Of a stretch of 64,000 nucleotides of DNA, positions 1-10,235 are shown piece by piece (positions within the stretch are counted from its first letter, which is position 1; each line of letters begins with the position of its first letter). Under the pieces are notes generated by a model. The model was not told the DNA's origin, did no database searches, and saw nothing but the letters and a program-made list of their open reading frames with translations. The position numbers were made by a program, and so were the translations under genes. The stretch comes from Bradymonadia bacterium (GTDB lineage Bacteria; Myxococcota_A; Bradymonadia; UBA7976; UBA1532): NCBI GenBank assembly GCA_046290225.1, contig JBKAGE010000077.1, positions 1 through 64,000 on the forward strand, in the 5' to 3' direction.

Positions 1-144
1 CACCTTCTTCTCAGTGGAGGCTCTCGGCCTTCATACGCCCCAAGACCTGAACACTCAGGTCGTTCAGATACACATCATCTCAGCATCAATGACAACCGTC
101 GTCCTGAGTCCAGGTTGGGCCACGGGTCCAGGGCCGAATCAACT

Positions 145-176
145 CGTGCCCGTGCCCGTGCCCGTGCCCGTGCCCG
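145..176. repeat. (CGTGCC)5 hexanucleotide tandem repeat
   Basis: Five exact CGTGCC units plus CG, just downstream of the sigma factor stop codon. Confidence 0.9.
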
Positions 177-191
177 AAAAACTGACTTCCC

Positions 192-794
192 CTATCGGCA
201 CTCGCACCCCAGCTCGTCAGACCGCGCTGCGCAGTCCGTCACCCCGCCATATTGATCAAAGGCCAGAGCACAGCACGCTTCCAGCTGCGCCTTGAGGCGT
301 TTGCGGGCGCGCTGCACCCGGCTGCGGGCACCACTGGGGCTGATGCCCAGGTGCTCGGCGAGCGCTTGCTGTGAGCGCCCCTCGATCTCCACCAGCCTCA
401 GCGCCTCGGCGTCGTCGGGGGGCAACGTGTCGATCATCACCTTGAGGGCCATGGCCACGAATTGCTGGCGGTCCTCGGGCGACCACTCGAGCTCAGTCTC
501 GAGTTGAGTCTCCACGTGCTCAGGTGCCTGCTCTGGGGTGAGGCCCACCGGATGAGGGGCGCGGCTCGCCTGACGGTGATGATCACTCACCACATTGCGG
601 GCCACCTGGTACAGCCAGCCGCGCAAATGTGTGATCTGCCCCTGCTCTGCGAGGTGGGTGTGCAGGCGGAGAAAAACCTCCTGCACCAGATCGTCCACCA
701 CCGGGCCCTGCACCCGGGATCCGATGAACCGGGACAGCTCATCACCCAGCGCGCGGTAGGCCTCGGTGACGGCACGATCTGAGGGCGCTTTCAT
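192..794 (-). CDS. sigZ: ECF RNA polymerase sigma factor, SigZ-like, with Cys-rich C-terminus
   Basis: Region 2 motif DDLVQEVFLRL...GWLYQVARN, region 4 motif LAEHLGISPSGARSRVQRARKRLK, C-terminal ACC...C...CEC. ATG at 794 overlaps the upstream stop (ATGA). Confidence 0.8.
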   Translation of the reverse strand: MKAPSDRAVTEAYRALGDELSRFIGSRVQGPVVDDLVQEVFLRLHTHLAEQGQITHLRGWLYQVARNVVSDHHRQASRAPHPVGLTPEQAPEHVETQLETELEWSPEDRQQFVAMALKVMIDTLPPDDAEALRLVEIEGRSQQALAEHLGISPSGARSRVQRARKRLKAQLEACCALAFDQYGGVTDCAARSDELGCECR

Positions 795-1225
795 GGGCAG
801 CAACCCGCCACTGGGGCGTTGCCCACACAGCAGACATCGGTGCGCTGCTGATCTGCGTCGAGGGTGTCTTCGAGCACGATGTAGATCTCCCATGGGCGAC
901 CATCGGGATCAGTGAGCCACAGTTTGTCTTGCTGAGCCATACAACAGGCCACACCCTGCTCTTCGGTGCTGAGGTAGCCCTTGCTCTGCATACGGGTCCA
1001 GGCACGCTGAAGCACCTCCGGGTCTGATATGTGCACGCCAAAGTGCTCCCCGGGAGCGAGCTTGGGGGCCGCGCCTTCCATGATGCTCAGGCGCAGGGCG
1101 AGATCGTCAGGCCGGAAGGTGGCATAGCCGTCGCGCTGCTTGGCAGGGGGTACACCGAGCAGATCGGTGTAGAACTCGACGGATTTCTCGAACTGGGTGG
1201 TGGTCAGGGCAAGATGCATCTGCAT
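791..1225 (-). CDS. VOC/glyoxalase family protein, ArsI/CadI-like
   Basis: MHLAL...SVEFY...HFGV...CCMAQQDKLWLTDPDGRPWEIY, including the vicinal Cys pair typical of ArsI/CadI. Confidence 0.8.
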   Translation of the reverse strand: MQMHLALTTTQFEKSVEFYTDLLGVPPAKQRDGYATFRPDDLALRLSIMEGAAPKLAPGEHFGVHISDPEVLQRAWTRMQSKGYLSTEEQGVACCMAQQDKLWLTDPDGRPWEIYIVLEDTLDADQQRTDVCCVGNAPVAGCCP

Positions 1226-1325
1226 TGTGGGTCTCCAGGGTTTGGTTTCGCCCCTCTCACATCGGGGGCTCACCCTGGAAGTCGCAGCTCGGTTCGAAGT
1301 GACGCAGGCATGGGCGAAAAAATGT

Positions 1326-1940
1326 TCAGTCGCAGCTGGCGCGGATCTCGGTCAAGCGGGTGACGATGGCTTCGCGGGCCTGTGCAGAGCCGTCCCAGCG
1401 GATGGCGTTGTCGTGGGTGAAGCCTTCATTCCACGGCTGGGCGGGCAGAATCGCCAGCCCTCGATGGCGCCACTTCAGCCAGCTCTCGACATAGGGAGGA
1501 TAGTCGTCGAAGAGCACCTTGCCATAGACCATGCCTTTGCCTGTGCGGCTGCCGGTGATGTGCACCTCGGCGTCAGGGATGTGCTCTTGGCACCATTCCA
1601 CCTTCTCGGCCCACGCCAGCCCCTTGGCCCAGGGCCCCTTGGTCAGGATGTGCAAATCAAAATCGAGCCTGCGCATGACCTCGACGAGAGCGAAGTTTTG
1701 CTCCAACCGCGCCAGCCCGAACCACCACCCTGGCAGCCGCTTGATGAGATCCATCCGGGCTTCCCAGTGCGCGCCCTCATGCTCCAGGGCGTGCAGGTTG
1801 GGCGCCGCCTGCATGATGGCCAGCTCTTCGTCAGAGCAGAGCTTGGCGAGCTCGCGCCGCATGGCACCGTCGTAATCGGCGAGGGTGCCGTCCAGGTCGA
1901 TGAGGGCGATGGGATCGCTGGCGGGGTTGGTGTCTTCCAT
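1326..1940 (-). CDS. HAD-family 5'(3')-deoxyribonucleotidase-like protein
   Basis: HAD motif I DLDGTLADY, EKVEW, motif IV LFDD, PWN. Confidence 0.75.
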   Translation of the reverse strand: MEDTNPASDPIALIDLDGTLADYDGAMRRELAKLCSDEELAIMQAAPNLHALEHEGAHWEARMDLIKRLPGWWFGLARLEQNFALVEVMRRLDFDLHILTKGPWAKGLAWAEKVEWCQEHIPDAEVHITGSRTGKGMVYGKVLFDDYPPYVESWLKWRHRGLAILPAQPWNEGFTHDNAIRWDGSAQAREAIVTRLTEIRASCD

Positions 1941-2005
1941 CAGGTCGCAGATCCTACTTCATAGGTGATGACCTCACCTTAGCGAAGACTGAGGCGAGAG
2001 TATCC

Positions 2006-2458
2006 TCAGACCCAATCACTTCGGCGTGCAACGGGCGCTTGTCGCACGCGATGGCTGATGAAGAAGGGCCGCCCACATGCGCTCTCACTTTGATCATGCA
2101 GACGCCTCAGATAGCAACACACCCGCTCACCACCATCGTCGGCACATGGCCCCCCAACCTCGAGCCACGAGCAATCTCCTGGACCATCTGTACCGATCAC
2201 CTCTGCATAAGCCCTCCAATAACCCTCTTGCTCTTCTTCCGTCAGGCGATTGCCATCAGTCTTGTCGAAGGCCGGGCAGGCCTCGTCCGGCTCTGGCACA
2301 TAACAGCGTGTGTGCTCCTCGGGACACATCATCAGATCCGCCTCATCGACGATCTCTTCAGGCGGATCCATGGTGCGCGCCTGAATACACCCCATGGCAC
2401 TCAAAGAGCCGCTGGCGATCACCCACAGGATTCGACTCGACAACACAGTACGTTTCAT
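2006..2458 (-). CDS. Cys-rich putative lipoprotein ending in a CGRPF...APV..RSDW motif
   Basis: Signal peptide with SAMGC lipobox-like site, GAGGTG RBS, Cys-rich body. Confidence 0.6.
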   Translation of the reverse strand: MKRTVLSSRILWVIASGSLSAMGCIQARTMDPPEEIVDEADLMMCPEEHTRCYVPEPDEACPAFDKTDGNRLTEEEQEGYWRAYAEVIGTDGPGDCSWLEVGGPCADDGGERVCCYLRRLHDQSESACGRPFFISHRVRQAPVARRSDWV

Positions 2459-2572
2459 ACACCTCACCTACACTCTGCTGGAAACAGCTGACGACACAGT
2501 GATCATGTGAGAGACGGCAGCGCGCGAGGTGTCACACAGCCATGCCTTCGGGTACCCCGCCTGGGGAGCGCG

Positions 2573-3121
2573 TCAGCCCAAGAGTCGATCGAGAATGATC
2601 GCCACGGCACTGCGCACCGAGAGGTGGTTGTAGCCCGTACCGGGATCGATGGGGGCCAGGCGCGCGTCGGCCTCTTGAATCACCGACTCCGTGAGGCCCC
2701 ACGCCTTGCCGAAGACCAGCAGGATCGGGCGGCCCGTCGCGATCTCGCGTCGCGCTTCGACGTAGCTCATGGCGTCGGGCATGTGGCGGGCCGTGGTGGC
2801 AACCACCATCGGTCGCTGCCCCACCTCGTCGGTGATGGTGGCGATCACCGTTTCGAGATCCATGGCGTGGGTGGTGCGATCGAAGAGCCCCCGGCCTGCG
2901 TGACGGTTCGACTGCGTGCCATAAGCGATCAGCTCGCGGATGCGATCGCGCTGCGCGGGCACGGGCTGCACCATGAACAATCGCTTGAGCGGGTAGGTGA
3001 GAGACAGACGGCTCATGTCGAAGAAGTCGAACTGGTCCACCGTGGCGACGATCTCCTTGCCATGTCGATTTTTCACCGGTGCGTGCAGAAGAGCGGCGTA
3101 AACACAGGTGGTTTCTGGCAT
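2573..3121 (-). CDS. SPOUT-type SAM-dependent RNA methyltransferase (Methyltrn_RNA_4-like)
   Basis: YAALLHAPV.NRHG...LLVFGKAWGL...YNHLSVRSAVAIILDRL SPOUT knot motifs. Confidence 0.8.
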   Translation of the reverse strand: MPETTCVYAALLHAPVKNRHGKEIVATVDQFDFFDMSRLSLTYPLKRLFMVQPVPAQRDRIRELIAYGTQSNRHAGRGLFDRTTHAMDLETVIATITDEVGQRPMVVATTARHMPDAMSYVEARREIATGRPILLVFGKAWGLTESVIQEADARLAPIDPGTGYNHLSVRSAVAIILDRLLG

Positions 3122-3224
3122 GAAGTGGGGCCTCGCACGGTGAAGTTCAGGTGACAGTCTAATCGAAAATCGCCCCGAGCGTTGATCTCTCTGAGCGACC
3201 CCGTTACCGTTTGCCTCGTCAATC

Positions 3225-3250
3225 AATCCATTCATCCGGCTGAACGGATT
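3225..3250. promoter_or_regulatory. Palindromic operator candidate for the SahR-like regulator
   Basis: AATCCATTCA-N6-TGAACGGATT (10-bp arms, 1 mismatch), 11 nt upstream of the regulator start. Confidence 0.6.
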
Positions 3251-3261
3251 AAACGCTCTCA

Positions 3262-4233
3262 ATGAACGCCAAACGCACCCAACCCCAACAGCTGCTCGAC
3301 TGGATGAACAGCTTGTCCGATCCCACTCGGCTGCGGGTGTTGCGTTTGTTGGATCAGCACGAGCTGGGCGTCGCAGAGCTGTGCGATATCTTGCAGATGC
3401 CTCAGTCCACCGTGAGCCGGCACCTGAAGCACCTCTCCACTGCGGGCTGGGTGCACAGCCGCAAGTCGGGCACCAGCGCCTACTACCGCATGATCGTCGA
3501 AGAGCTGCCCGAGAGTGCGCAGTCGCTCTGGGCCGTCGCTCAAGATCAGATGGGGGGTTGGGCCGCACCGGAGCAGGACGAGGTCCGCCTCGCTCGAGTG
3601 CTCGCCGCCCGGGCCGGTGACGTGGAGGCCTTCTTCGCCGAGGCCGCCGAGCAGTGGGACTGGCTGCGACAGTCGCTCTATGGCGCCGCCTTCAGCGAAG
3701 CCGCCCTGCTGGCGTTGATCCCCAGCGACTGGGTGGTGCTCGATCTCGGCTGTGGCACCGGCGCCCTCGCCGCCCGGCTGGCCCCTCACGTGGGCAAGGT
3801 CATCGGCGTCGATCGCTCGGAGGCCATGCTCGAGGCCGCTCGGCTGAGGGCCCGCAACCTGAGCAACCTCGATCTGCGCCAGGGCGATCTCGAAGCCCTG
3901 CCCGTGGAAGATGGCGCCGCAGACGGGGCGCTGATGATTCTGGTGCTCACTTACCTCGAGCAGCCGGCGAAGGCCCTCGCGGAGATGCGCCGCTCTCTGG
4001 CCCCCGGTGGCCGGGCGGTGGTGATCGACTTGTTGCACCACGATCAGGAAGATTTCCGTCGTCGCATGGGCCAGCGATCCACGGGCTTCTCCCGTGACGA
4101 TCTCGCCGAGGCCCTTGATGCCGCAGGCTTCGTGAATGTTCGATGTGAGCCCCTGCCCCCCGAGGCCGGGGCTCAAGGACCCGCACTTTTGCTCGCCACG
4201 GGCACCGCCCCTGCCGAGAAAGAAACCGCATAA
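3262..4233 (+). CDS. sahR: ArsR-family HTH plus SAM-methyltransferase-domain regulator (SahR-like)
   Basis: ArsR motif SDPTRLRVL...QSTVSRHLK, then VLDLGCGTG SAM motif. Lies directly upstream of ahcY. Confidence 0.85.
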   Translation: MNAKRTQPQQLLDWMNSLSDPTRLRVLRLLDQHELGVAELCDILQMPQSTVSRHLKHLSTAGWVHSRKSGTSAYYRMIVEELPESAQSLWAVAQDQMGGWAAPEQDEVRLARVLAARAGDVEAFFAEAAEQWDWLRQSLYGAAFSEAALLALIPSDWVVLDLGCGTGALAARLAPHVGKVIGVDRSEAMLEAARLRARNLSNLDLRQGDLEALPVEDGAADGALMILVLTYLEQPAKALAEMRRSLAPGGRAVVIDLLHHDQEDFRRRMGQRSTGFSRDDLAEALDAAGFVNVRCEPLPPEAGAQGPALLLATGTAPAEKETA

Positions 4234-4293
4234 GAATTTTCGCCTGCTGTGCAGGCACTCAAACGGCCCCCAAGGCCAGCTGGAGAGGAACGC

Positions 4294-5765
<1,472 letters not shown>

Positions 5766-5775
<10 letters not shown>

Positions 5776-5847
5776 GCCGCTGTTCTTAAAGTTCTGCGCT
5801 TGAAGTTCTGCGCTTGAAATGCAGTGCTTGAAACGCCGCTACTGAGC
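5766..5847. repeat. 14-nt tandem array flanked by 12-bp direct repeats
   Basis: CCGCTACTGAGC at 5766-5777 and 5836-5847. AAGTTCTGCGCTTG twice (5789-5816) plus a degenerate third unit. Confidence 0.8.
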
Positions 5848-7818
5848 GGCACCCCGCTTCGCCATCGCCTCTTTCGCGATGGCCTCCGCGCGACTCATCC
5901 CCGAGCTGGGGGGCGTGTTGGCGCTGCACGCAGCGCCGACGGCCTTGAGCAGCGCCTCGCGGCGAATCGGCTTCCCCACCACACCGTCGAAGCCCGTCGG
6001 CAAGCTGTCGAGGGCGCGAGACTTCTCCTGGGTGCTGTCGTTGCTGGACACGAGGGCCACGATGGGGCGCTCGTACCCTGAGGCTCTGAGCTGCAAGGCC
6101 GCAGCCCGGCCGTCCATCACCGGCATCTCCAGATCCATCAGGATGAGATCGAAGGGGCGCCCTGTAGAGGCGGCGCCTTGTGCCCTGTCGATGGCCTCAC
6201 GGCCGTTGCTCGCCTCTTCGACGCGCATGCCCCGGTGCTTCAAGATCGCGCAGATGACCGCGCGATTGAGGGTCTCGTCGTCGGCCACCAGCACCGAGAG
6301 GGTGCGATCGGGTGCCACCATGTTGGGGGCTGGGGTCTCTTCGGAGGGCACCATGATGGCGTCGGCCTGATCGGCGATGACCCGAGCGGTGAAAGTGCTG
6401 CCTTCACCGGGGCGACTGCTCACGGTGATGTCGCCGCCCATCAGCCGGGTGAGGTGACGGCTCACCGCCAGGCCGAGGCCCGCGCCGGTGTAGTGCCGCG
6501 CCAACGACTCGTCTTCTTGAGCGAAGGGCTCGAAGATACGCTGGATGTGATCAGGCTCGATGCCCACCCCGGTGTCGACCACCTCGACGAACAGCTCCAC
6601 AGGGCGCTGGAAGCCCAAAGCTCTACCCAGCGGATGGGCGATGTCGGTGGGCCCTACCCAGATGCGCACCGACACCCGGCCACGGGCGGTGAACTTGATC
6701 GCGTTCTCCACTAGGTGGCCCAGCAGATGACGCAATCGGCGGGGATCAGAGACGATGCGGCGTGGGAGATCAGGATCGAGGTCGAACTTCAGGCTGAGCC
6801 CCGAAGCCTGCGCCCGGGGCGCCATCTGCCGCTCCACCACCCGCACCAGCGCGCTGGGCTCGAAGGGAGTCAGCTCGGAGCGCAGGTCGGTGCCGTCGAG
6901 GGTGAACAGCTCGAGCAGATCTTCGATGACGCCGAGCAGATGCACGCCCTGTTCGTGAATGGTGCGCAATGACTTCTGCCGCTCAGCATCGTCGCCCACA
7001 CCGGCTTGAAGCAGGTCTGTGTATCCGAGAATGGCGGTCATTGGTGTGCGCAGCTCGTGACTCATGCGGGCGAGGAACTGTCCTGTGAGCTGCTGCTGGG
7101 GTGTGAGTTCGATCTCGCCAGTGGGCGGCCCTGTGGGGGTGGGGCTCTGCTCGCCACCGAGACCTTGCTCGTCAGCGACGCGTACAGGAGCCTGGCCTGG
7201 AGTACGCAGCTCGAGCCACAGCAGGATCAGGATCAAGAGGCCCAGGGCACTCTGAAACCACAAGAGCACCTGCATTTGCTGGCTGTAGTGGGCATCGAGG
7301 GCGTTGACGAGGCGCTCCATCTCTCCGAGAAACGCCTGCTCCTCTTCGATGAGTGCCTCTACGGCTTTTGTGGGCACTGAAGCACCGCTGGCCGGACTCC
7401 ACTTCCCCTCGGCCACCACGCGCTCCGCGGCCTGGGTCAGGCCCTCGCTCTCCAATAACTTCGACAGATCGTCACGGATCTCACTGGGCATCGCCTCGAC
7501 GAGGGGCCCATGACTCGTAGACCACGCCTGAAGCGCCTGCTTCATCTCGGTCATACGGGCGTTGAAGCGCTCGGCGTCGGCAGCATGCCTCAACAAGATC
7601 GCTGATTTGGTCAGCTGTTGACTGAACATGCGCTGGCGACCGGCCTCGTTGATGAGGTGCCCGGTCTCACCGAAGCCACCAAACCACCACTGGGCGCCGA
7701 TTTGGGTGAGGACCAACAACACCGCGGCGCCGACGAGGAGCACACGGGTCCGTCGTCGAGATCCCTGCGGGGGGTCAGCTGGGGCCTCGCTGAGGAGGCG
7801 TTCGGAGTGTGTATCCAC
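5839..7818 (-). CDS. Hybrid sensor histidine kinase/response regulator with NarX/PilJ-like periplasmic domain
   Basis: Two TM segments, INEAGRQRMFSQQLTK P-box-like motif, H-box MSHELRTPM, NAIKFT, DTGVGI, GAGLGL, receiver LMDLEMPVMDG. Confidence 0.9.
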   Translation of the reverse strand: MDTHSERLLSEAPADPPQGSRRRTRVLLVGAAVLLVLTQIGAQWWFGGFGETGHLINEAGRQRMFSQQLTKSAILLRHAADAERFNARMTEMKQALQAWSTSHGPLVEAMPSEIRDDLSKLLESEGLTQAAERVVAEGKWSPASGASVPTKAVEALIEEEQAFLGEMERLVNALDAHYSQQMQVLLWFQSALGLLILILLWLELRTPGQAPVRVADEQGLGGEQSPTPTGPPTGEIELTPQQQLTGQFLARMSHELRTPMTAILGYTDLLQAGVGDDAERQKSLRTIHEQGVHLLGVIEDLLELFTLDGTDLRSELTPFEPSALVRVVERQMAPRAQASGLSLKFDLDPDLPRRIVSDPRRLRHLLGHLVENAIKFTARGRVSVRIWVGPTDIAHPLGRALGFQRPVELFVEVVDTGVGIEPDHIQRIFEPFAQEDESLARHYTGAGLGLAVSRHLTRLMGGDITVSSRPGEGSTFTARVIADQADAIMVPSEETPAPNMVAPDRTLSVLVADDETLNRAVICAILKHRGMRVEEASNGREAIDRAQGAASTGRPFDLILMDLEMPVMDGRAAALQLRASGYERPIVALVSSNDSTQEKSRALDSLPTGFDGVVGKPIRREALLKAVGAACSANTPPSSGMSRAEAIAKEAMAKRGAAQ

Positions 7819-7911
7819 GGGTGATCAGGGATGATGCAACAGCTGAGCGTGAGATGCCAGTCGAAGGCCCGTGAGTTGTTTCAGATGGGCTCAACCATGC
7901 CCTTTTGTGAT

Positions 7912-9234
7912 TCAGCGCCCCAGGGTGGAGAAGGCCCACTCGAGGCCCGCGGTCTCGAGGGCACGCTCCACCTTCACCGCCACGTTGACGTTGACGTTGT
8001 CGGAGGTCCAGATGCCGATGAGAGAGTACTGACGCACCTTCACGTCCCAATCGACCTCTTCGAGCTGGATGTAACGGGTGTACTCGCGGCTCACGGGGAA
8101 GAAGAAGTCGGCGTTGACGTTGATGTCGTGGAAGTTGGCGAAGGTGAAGAGACCCACCTGCACGATGTCGAGGTTGATGGCGTTGCGGGCCACAGCCTCG
8201 TGGGTGGCCGCAGCAGCGGAGTCCATCCCCTGCCAGCGGTCGGGATCGTCAATGTAGCCGGACCAGGCCTCGGCGAGGGCGTAGACCTCTTCGTCTCCCA
8301 AGGTCTCGAGCTGCTCCAGAGCCGAGGTCTTGAAGTCGGGGCCTTCCTCGTCGGCCCCCTCGGCGCGGTAGCCGTCAGCCACGTGGTTCTTGATGAGGCC
8401 CTCGAGGGTGGCCCGCGCGATGCCTGCCGTGGCGCCACCGACGTTGTCGAGGCGCTCGGCGAGGTACTCGGCGCTGCTGCGAATGGCGTGGCGCAGCGCG
8501 ATGCGCGGGGTGCCTGCGGGGTCGACCACGGGCCAGAGCTTCGCCAGCAGGCCGAACTGGCCGGCGAGGTGCTCGCCGGTGGACCAGTCGTCCCGGATGT
8601 CGAGGGCATTGTGGGGGCTGATCCAGCCGAAGACGTCGTTCCGGTTGACGCCGACATAGAGCTTGCGGCCCTCAAGCTTCATGGGGCCGTCGACGATGTG
8701 GTTGGGGCACAGCACCACGGTGTCGAAGAGGCGATTGGGGTAGCCGTTGAGATCCTCGTGCAGGGTCTTCACGAAGCTCACGGTGGACCGCACCTGTCGC
8801 TGCATGGCCTCGAGATCGTCGTCGCTCTCGATGGTGTCGTCCCAGCCCCACCGCGACTGGCTGGTGAAGCAATCGTCACCCTCGACCCGGATCGCGTAGA
8901 GGCTGTCGACCTTCTCACCATTGATGCCACGGCGGGCGAAGGTCTCGTCGAGATCGGGCTGGGTGCAGGCGAGCAGCGTGTTGGCGTAGTCGCTGAGGGC
9001 CCGAGTGCGCTTGCTGGTGATGTCGTGGCCAGCGAACTTGTCTTCGTCGGGGTAGTCGACGAAGCCACAGGCGTAGTAGCTGTCGGCCTTGCCATCTACG
9101 TCACCGTTGGCGGGCCCTGCGGTCTCGGGGCCCTCACCGGCGCTCTCAGTGGTCTCCTCGGCGCCGCCACAGGCGGTCAGGCAGAGGGTGCTGGCGAGGG
9201 TGAGATGGGCCAGAGTGAGCAGTGCGTGGCGCAT
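7912..9234 (-). CDS. Hypothetical lipoprotein with GKAD motif
   Basis: Lipobox LTAC, acidic linker, DGKADS motif. Codon pattern favours this strand. Confidence 0.75.
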   Translation of the reverse strand: MRHALLTLAHLTLASTLCLTACGGAEETTESAGEGPETAGPANGDVDGKADSYYACGFVDYPDEDKFAGHDITSKRTRALSDYANTLLACTQPDLDETFARRGINGEKVDSLYAIRVEGDDCFTSQSRWGWDDTIESDDDLEAMQRQVRSTVSFVKTLHEDLNGYPNRLFDTVVLCPNHIVDGPMKLEGRKLYVGVNRNDVFGWISPHNALDIRDDWSTGEHLAGQFGLLAKLWPVVDPAGTPRIALRHAIRSSAEYLAERLDNVGGATAGIARATLEGLIKNHVADGYRAEGADEEGPDFKTSALEQLETLGDEEVYALAEAWSGYIDDPDRWQGMDSAAAATHEAVARNAINLDIVQVGLFTFANFHDINVNADFFFPVSREYTRYIQLEEVDWDVKVRQYSLIGIWTSDNVNVNVAVKVERALETAGLEWAFSTLGR

Positions 9235-9269
9235 GGTCGGGCTCCCGATCAGGTGATGTCACAGAATAG

Positions 9270-9285
9270 AGCAAATCCCGATCCA
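9270..9285 (-). promoter_or_regulatory. Candidate sigma54 promoter
   Basis: Minus strand TGGATCGGGATTTGCT (GG-N10-GC), about 35 nt upstream of the 9234 start. Confidence 0.5.
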
Positions 9286-9395
9286 CCTGAACCATGCTTT
9301 TGATCTCAACGACTTGTGCCTGGCATGAGGGATGTACGCCCCATCATATGGCAACTCCAGTGGTCACTGACGGGGGCTCGAGCCGAATCAGCGGC

Positions 9396-9965
9396 TCAGA
9401 AAGGCGTGTTGCGCCCCGCCAGCCACTCGGCTTCTTCCTCAGTGGGGGTGCGCCCGAGAATGGCGTTGCGGTGAGGGAACCGCCCGAAGCGCTCGACGAC
9501 CACCAGATGGCGACGGGCGTAATCCTGGTACAGCTCGCTGTCGGTCCGCTCGTCGAAGAGGCTCACGGACTTTTTCTGATCTTCGAGGTTTTCGCTGTGC
9601 TCAAGGGGCAGATACATGAAAGCTCGCTGATCATCTGACTCGAGCTGCAGATCGAAGCCATGGGCGAGGGCGTGATGGGTCACCGCCCGGGCGTCGGCGT
9701 CGGTGGCGTAGGACTTGGGATCGCCTCGGAAGATGTTGCGGGGCACCTGGTCGAGGAGAATGCACAGAGCGAGGCAACCGTCTGCTGACTGCTTCCACTC
9801 ATCGAGCTGTCCAGCGGCGGCAGCCTCATAGCCCTCGGCGAGGCGCTCTTTCACCAGGGCGTCGAAGGTGGCTCCGCCTTGAAACCAGTCCGAGGGGGCG
9901 ACCTCCTCGAACCAGAAACCCAGGACGTCTTCGTAATCGAACCCTGCCTGCATCAACTCGGGCAT
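9396..9965 (-). CDS. DUF924 family protein
   Basis: VLGFWF...LLDQVPRNIFRG...FMYLPLEHSE...RFGRFPHRNAILGR. Start position uncertain. Confidence 0.9.
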   Translation of the reverse strand: MPELMQAGFDYEDVLGFWFEEVAPSDWFQGGATFDALVKERLAEGYEAAAAGQLDEWKQSADGCLALCILLDQVPRNIFRGDPKSYATDADARAVTHHALAHGFDLQLESDDQRAFMYLPLEHSENLEDQKKSVSLFDERTDSELYQDYARRHLVVVERFGRFPHRNAILGRTPTEEEAEWLAGRNTPF

Positions 9966-10168
9966 CGTCTGCCTCCATGGCGTCATCTGTCGATGGGTCA
10001 TCAGAGCACGGATCATCACCGAGAGCCAAAGAGGCTCAAGCCTCGTCGGTGGGCATCCGCTTCGGTGTCATGTCGCCTTGGCACCCTCGGAGGCCCGATC
10101 GACAAGCCAGCACGACACCTGCCCGCAGAACATCGCGGGGAGATTTAACAGCGGCAGCCATGAAGCAA

Positions 10169-10184
10169 CGGCACGAGCCATGCT
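10169..10184 (+). promoter_or_regulatory. Candidate sigma54 promoter
   Basis: CGGCACGAGCCATGCT (GGCACG-N4-ATGC) upstream of the 10236 operon. Confidence 0.6.
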
Positions 10185-10235
10185 ACTCAATGACAGTGAA
10201 CTACAGCGCTGGAGCGAGACAATGGGAGATTTAAC

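Noticed and set aside
4234..4293. SAH riboswitch upstream of ahcY
   Set aside because: Only two small hairpins are present and I cannot see the SAH riboswitch consensus. A protein regulator is adjacent
7831..9303. Long antisense ORFs (also 31081-32607, 45137-46396, 26821-28173, 62983-63963)
   Set aside because: Each fully overlaps a better-supported gene on the opposite strand and has shadow-type V/G/D/E/H-rich composition
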